A DNA stretch of 53,950 nucleotides, from contig CAWHAI010000016.1 in assembly GCA_963827295.1 (NCBI GenBank), forward strand, positions 1 to 53,950, given 5' to 3'. The translations under genes were made by a program, and so were the position numbers. The DNA comes from an uncultured Chloroflexia bacterium (lineage in GTDB: Bacteria; Chloroflexota; Dehalococcoidia; SZUA-161). The notes beneath the pieces were generated by a model. The model did no database searches and was not told the DNA's origin. It worked only from the letters and a program-made list of their open reading frames with translations. Each line of letters begins with the position of its first letter. Positions within the stretch are counted from its first letter, which is position 1. Below, piece by piece: positions 52,217-53,950 of the stretch.

Positions 52217-53950
52217 TGTTGTTGTTATACGATTGTGTCAGTAGCCAACTGTTAAGGGATAATGTCAGTCATGGGAGTACTGACATTGACACAACGAGAG
52301 CAAGGAAGACTTCAGACATTGAACCTGGTACTTGAAGGGCGCATGGGCGTAGCGGAAGCAGCTGTTGTCCTTGGGCTAAGTGAACGCCACACATGGCGTA
52401 TTCTGGCGGCATATAGAAGGGAGGGCGTCGCCGCCCTGTCCCATGGGAACAGAGGATGTCATCCTGCCAACGCTCTTCCCGAGGAAACACGGCAGATAGT
52501 GATAACTCTTGCAAGCACTCAATACGCAAAGATCAACCATACTCACCTGACAGAGTTACTCGCCGAGCGTGAAGCCCTATTCATGTCCCGATCCACTGTG
52601 CGGAATATTCTGGTGGGTGCTGGTCTATCTAGCCCTCGGCATCGCCGACCTCCACGTCATCGATGTCGGCGTGAGCGCATGCCACAGGAAGGTATGCTAA
52701 TACAGGTGGACGGCAGCCACCATGGTTGGCTGGAAGATCGAGGCCCCTGGTTCACTTTGCTCCTGGCTGTGGATGATGCCACCGGCAAAGTTCCGTATGC
52801 CATTTTCCGTGAGAAGGAGGATACCCGCGGCTATTTGCTTCTGCTCAAGGGCATAATTGAGCGTAGGGGCATTCCGCTGGCAATATATAGCGACCGCTAC
52901 ATCGTGTTCTGTCAACCAAATAAGTTAGGTGAGATTGTGGAAGCACCTCTTGTCAACAACGGCAAACCGACCCAGTTTGGCCGTGCCATGAAGGAACTTG
53001 GCGTGACTCAGGTATTCGCCCGTAGCCCGGAAGCTAAAGGACGGATAGAGAGAGCCAACGGCACCTTCCAGGATCGGCTGGTAGCAGAGTTACGTCTGGC
53101 TGGTGCCAGTACCCTTGAAGAGGCCAACAGCGTTCTTGAAAAATTCCTACCCCGTTTCAATGAGCGCTTTGGTGTCCCACCAGCCCAGCCGGAATCAGCT
53201 TATCGCCTGGTAGACCCTGGTTTGAGCATAGATGCCGTGCTCTGTATCAAAGAGCGGAGGAGAGTAGCCAGGGATAACACGGTGCAGTACCACGGGCAGA
53301 CTCTGCAGCTATTTCCCGGGACTGACCGCCCCAGCTATTCTGGGACTCGCGTGGAAGTGCAGGAGCGGTTGGATGGCCAACTGATAGTGAATTGTTGTGG
53401 AAAGCTCCTTACCCCTGTGGAAGCACCTCCTCTTGCTGCCACACTACGAGCCCTTGCTGCAACAAGCCCGCTGGAAAACTATCTGGCAATGCAAGCTGAT
53501 ATTGATATTTCCGATCGAACATCCCGGGAGCGTGCAAAGGCTATTAAACAGCATGTAGGCTTAGGCTGGGATGGGGATTGGTATCATAATGACTCCAAGA
53601 AGTGCATCCACCGGGATTTAGTGAAGGCAGGAATGGAGCGAGCACGACAGCAGGGCAAGCGGATCGGACGACCTAAAGTAAGAGAGCGGCCTCAGTTCCC
53701 TCAGCTATTTGCATCAGTTGTGGATAGAATTGGCCCGACTGGTTTATCCCGGAGGCAGGCGGCTAAAGAATTGGCCATCGGTTATGCGACACTCAAGCGT
53801 CTATTGGACGCCCGGTCACCGGACACAGGCCAATGTGCAGGAAACAGTGATCTGCCTGCCGATCGAGAAGGTTGTGAAAACCAGAATATGTACGCCGAGG
53901 TGCCTTACTGACAAAATCGCTTAACAATAAACCCTGACATTTTCCCTTGA
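52217..53950 (+). mobile_element. insertion sequence, IS1202/ISNCY-like (right end cut by the window edge)
   Basis: TGT start; two direct 19-bp motifs TGTTA.nGAT..TGTCAG (52223-52241, 52250-52268) mirrored in inverted orientation at 53908-53926 and 53934 to the window end. Confidence 0.85.
52262..53911 (+). CDS. DDE (rve) transposase with an N-terminal HTH and a C-terminal resolvase-like arm plus HTH
   Basis: D 'IQVDGSHHGW', D 'IYSDR' and E 'AKGRIER.NGTFQDRL'; tail 'LVKAGMERARQQGKRIGRPK...SRRQAAKELAIGYATLKRLL'. Confidence 0.92.
   Translation: MSVMGVLTLTQREQGRLQTLNLVLEGRMGVAEAAVVLGLSERHTWRILAAYRREGVAALSHGNRGCHPANALPEETRQIVITLASTQYAKINHTHLTELLAEREALFMSRSTVRNILVGAGLSSPRHRRPPRHRCRRERMPQEGMLIQVDGSHHGWLEDRGPWFTLLLAVDDATGKVPYAIFREKEDTRGYLLLLKGIIERRGIPLAIYSDRYIVFCQPNKLGEIVEAPLVNNGKPTQFGRAMKELGVTQVFARSPEAKGRIERANGTFQDRLVAELRLAGASTLEEANSVLEKFLPRFNERFGVPPAQPESAYRLVDPGLSIDAVLCIKERRRVARDNTVQYHGQTLQLFPGTDRPSYSGTRVEVQERLDGQLIVNCCGKLLTPVEAPPLAATLRALAATSPLENYLAMQADIDISDRTSRERAKAIKQHVGLGWDGDWYHNDSKKCIHRDLVKAGMERARQQGKRIGRPKVRERPQFPQLFASVVDRIGPTGLSRRQAAKELAIGYATLKRLLDARSPDTGQCAGNSDLPADREGCENQNMYAEVPY

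Overview
This is a chromosomal segment around the replication origin of a bacterium. It is most likely a Dehalococcoidia-type Chloroflexota, inferred from the dnaA-obgE-nadD...gyrB order, the hisZ/long hisG and the surface-protein types. Core content: the hisZ-G-(Zn hydrolase)-D-C-B operon, recJ, the CIRCE-controlled hrcA-grpE-dnaK operon, fabH, folD-fhs, clpC, dnaA with a downstream oriC (DnaA boxes and DnaA-trios), obgE, nadD, pyrE and gyrB. Accessory content: a membrane GAF-GGDEF-HD-GYP sensor, an S-layer-like Ig-repeat gene with a collagen-stalk partner, three families of REP/MITE-like repeats, and an IS at the right edge. Many genes, including essential ones, carry single-base frameshifts, most plausibly from sequencing or assembly error, so I reconstructed several products by eye. 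Most unusual items: (1) an IS1202/ISNCY-like DDE transposase fused to the C-terminal arm and HTH of a serine resolvase; (2) an Fe-S/GltD-like oxidoreductase fused to a GIY-YIG-like domain, next to folD-fhs; (3) a stand-alone 5S rRNA gene; (4) a tandem-duplicated HisG; (5) several unannotated structured RNAs and small peptides. All family assignments come from motif recognition, not database searches.
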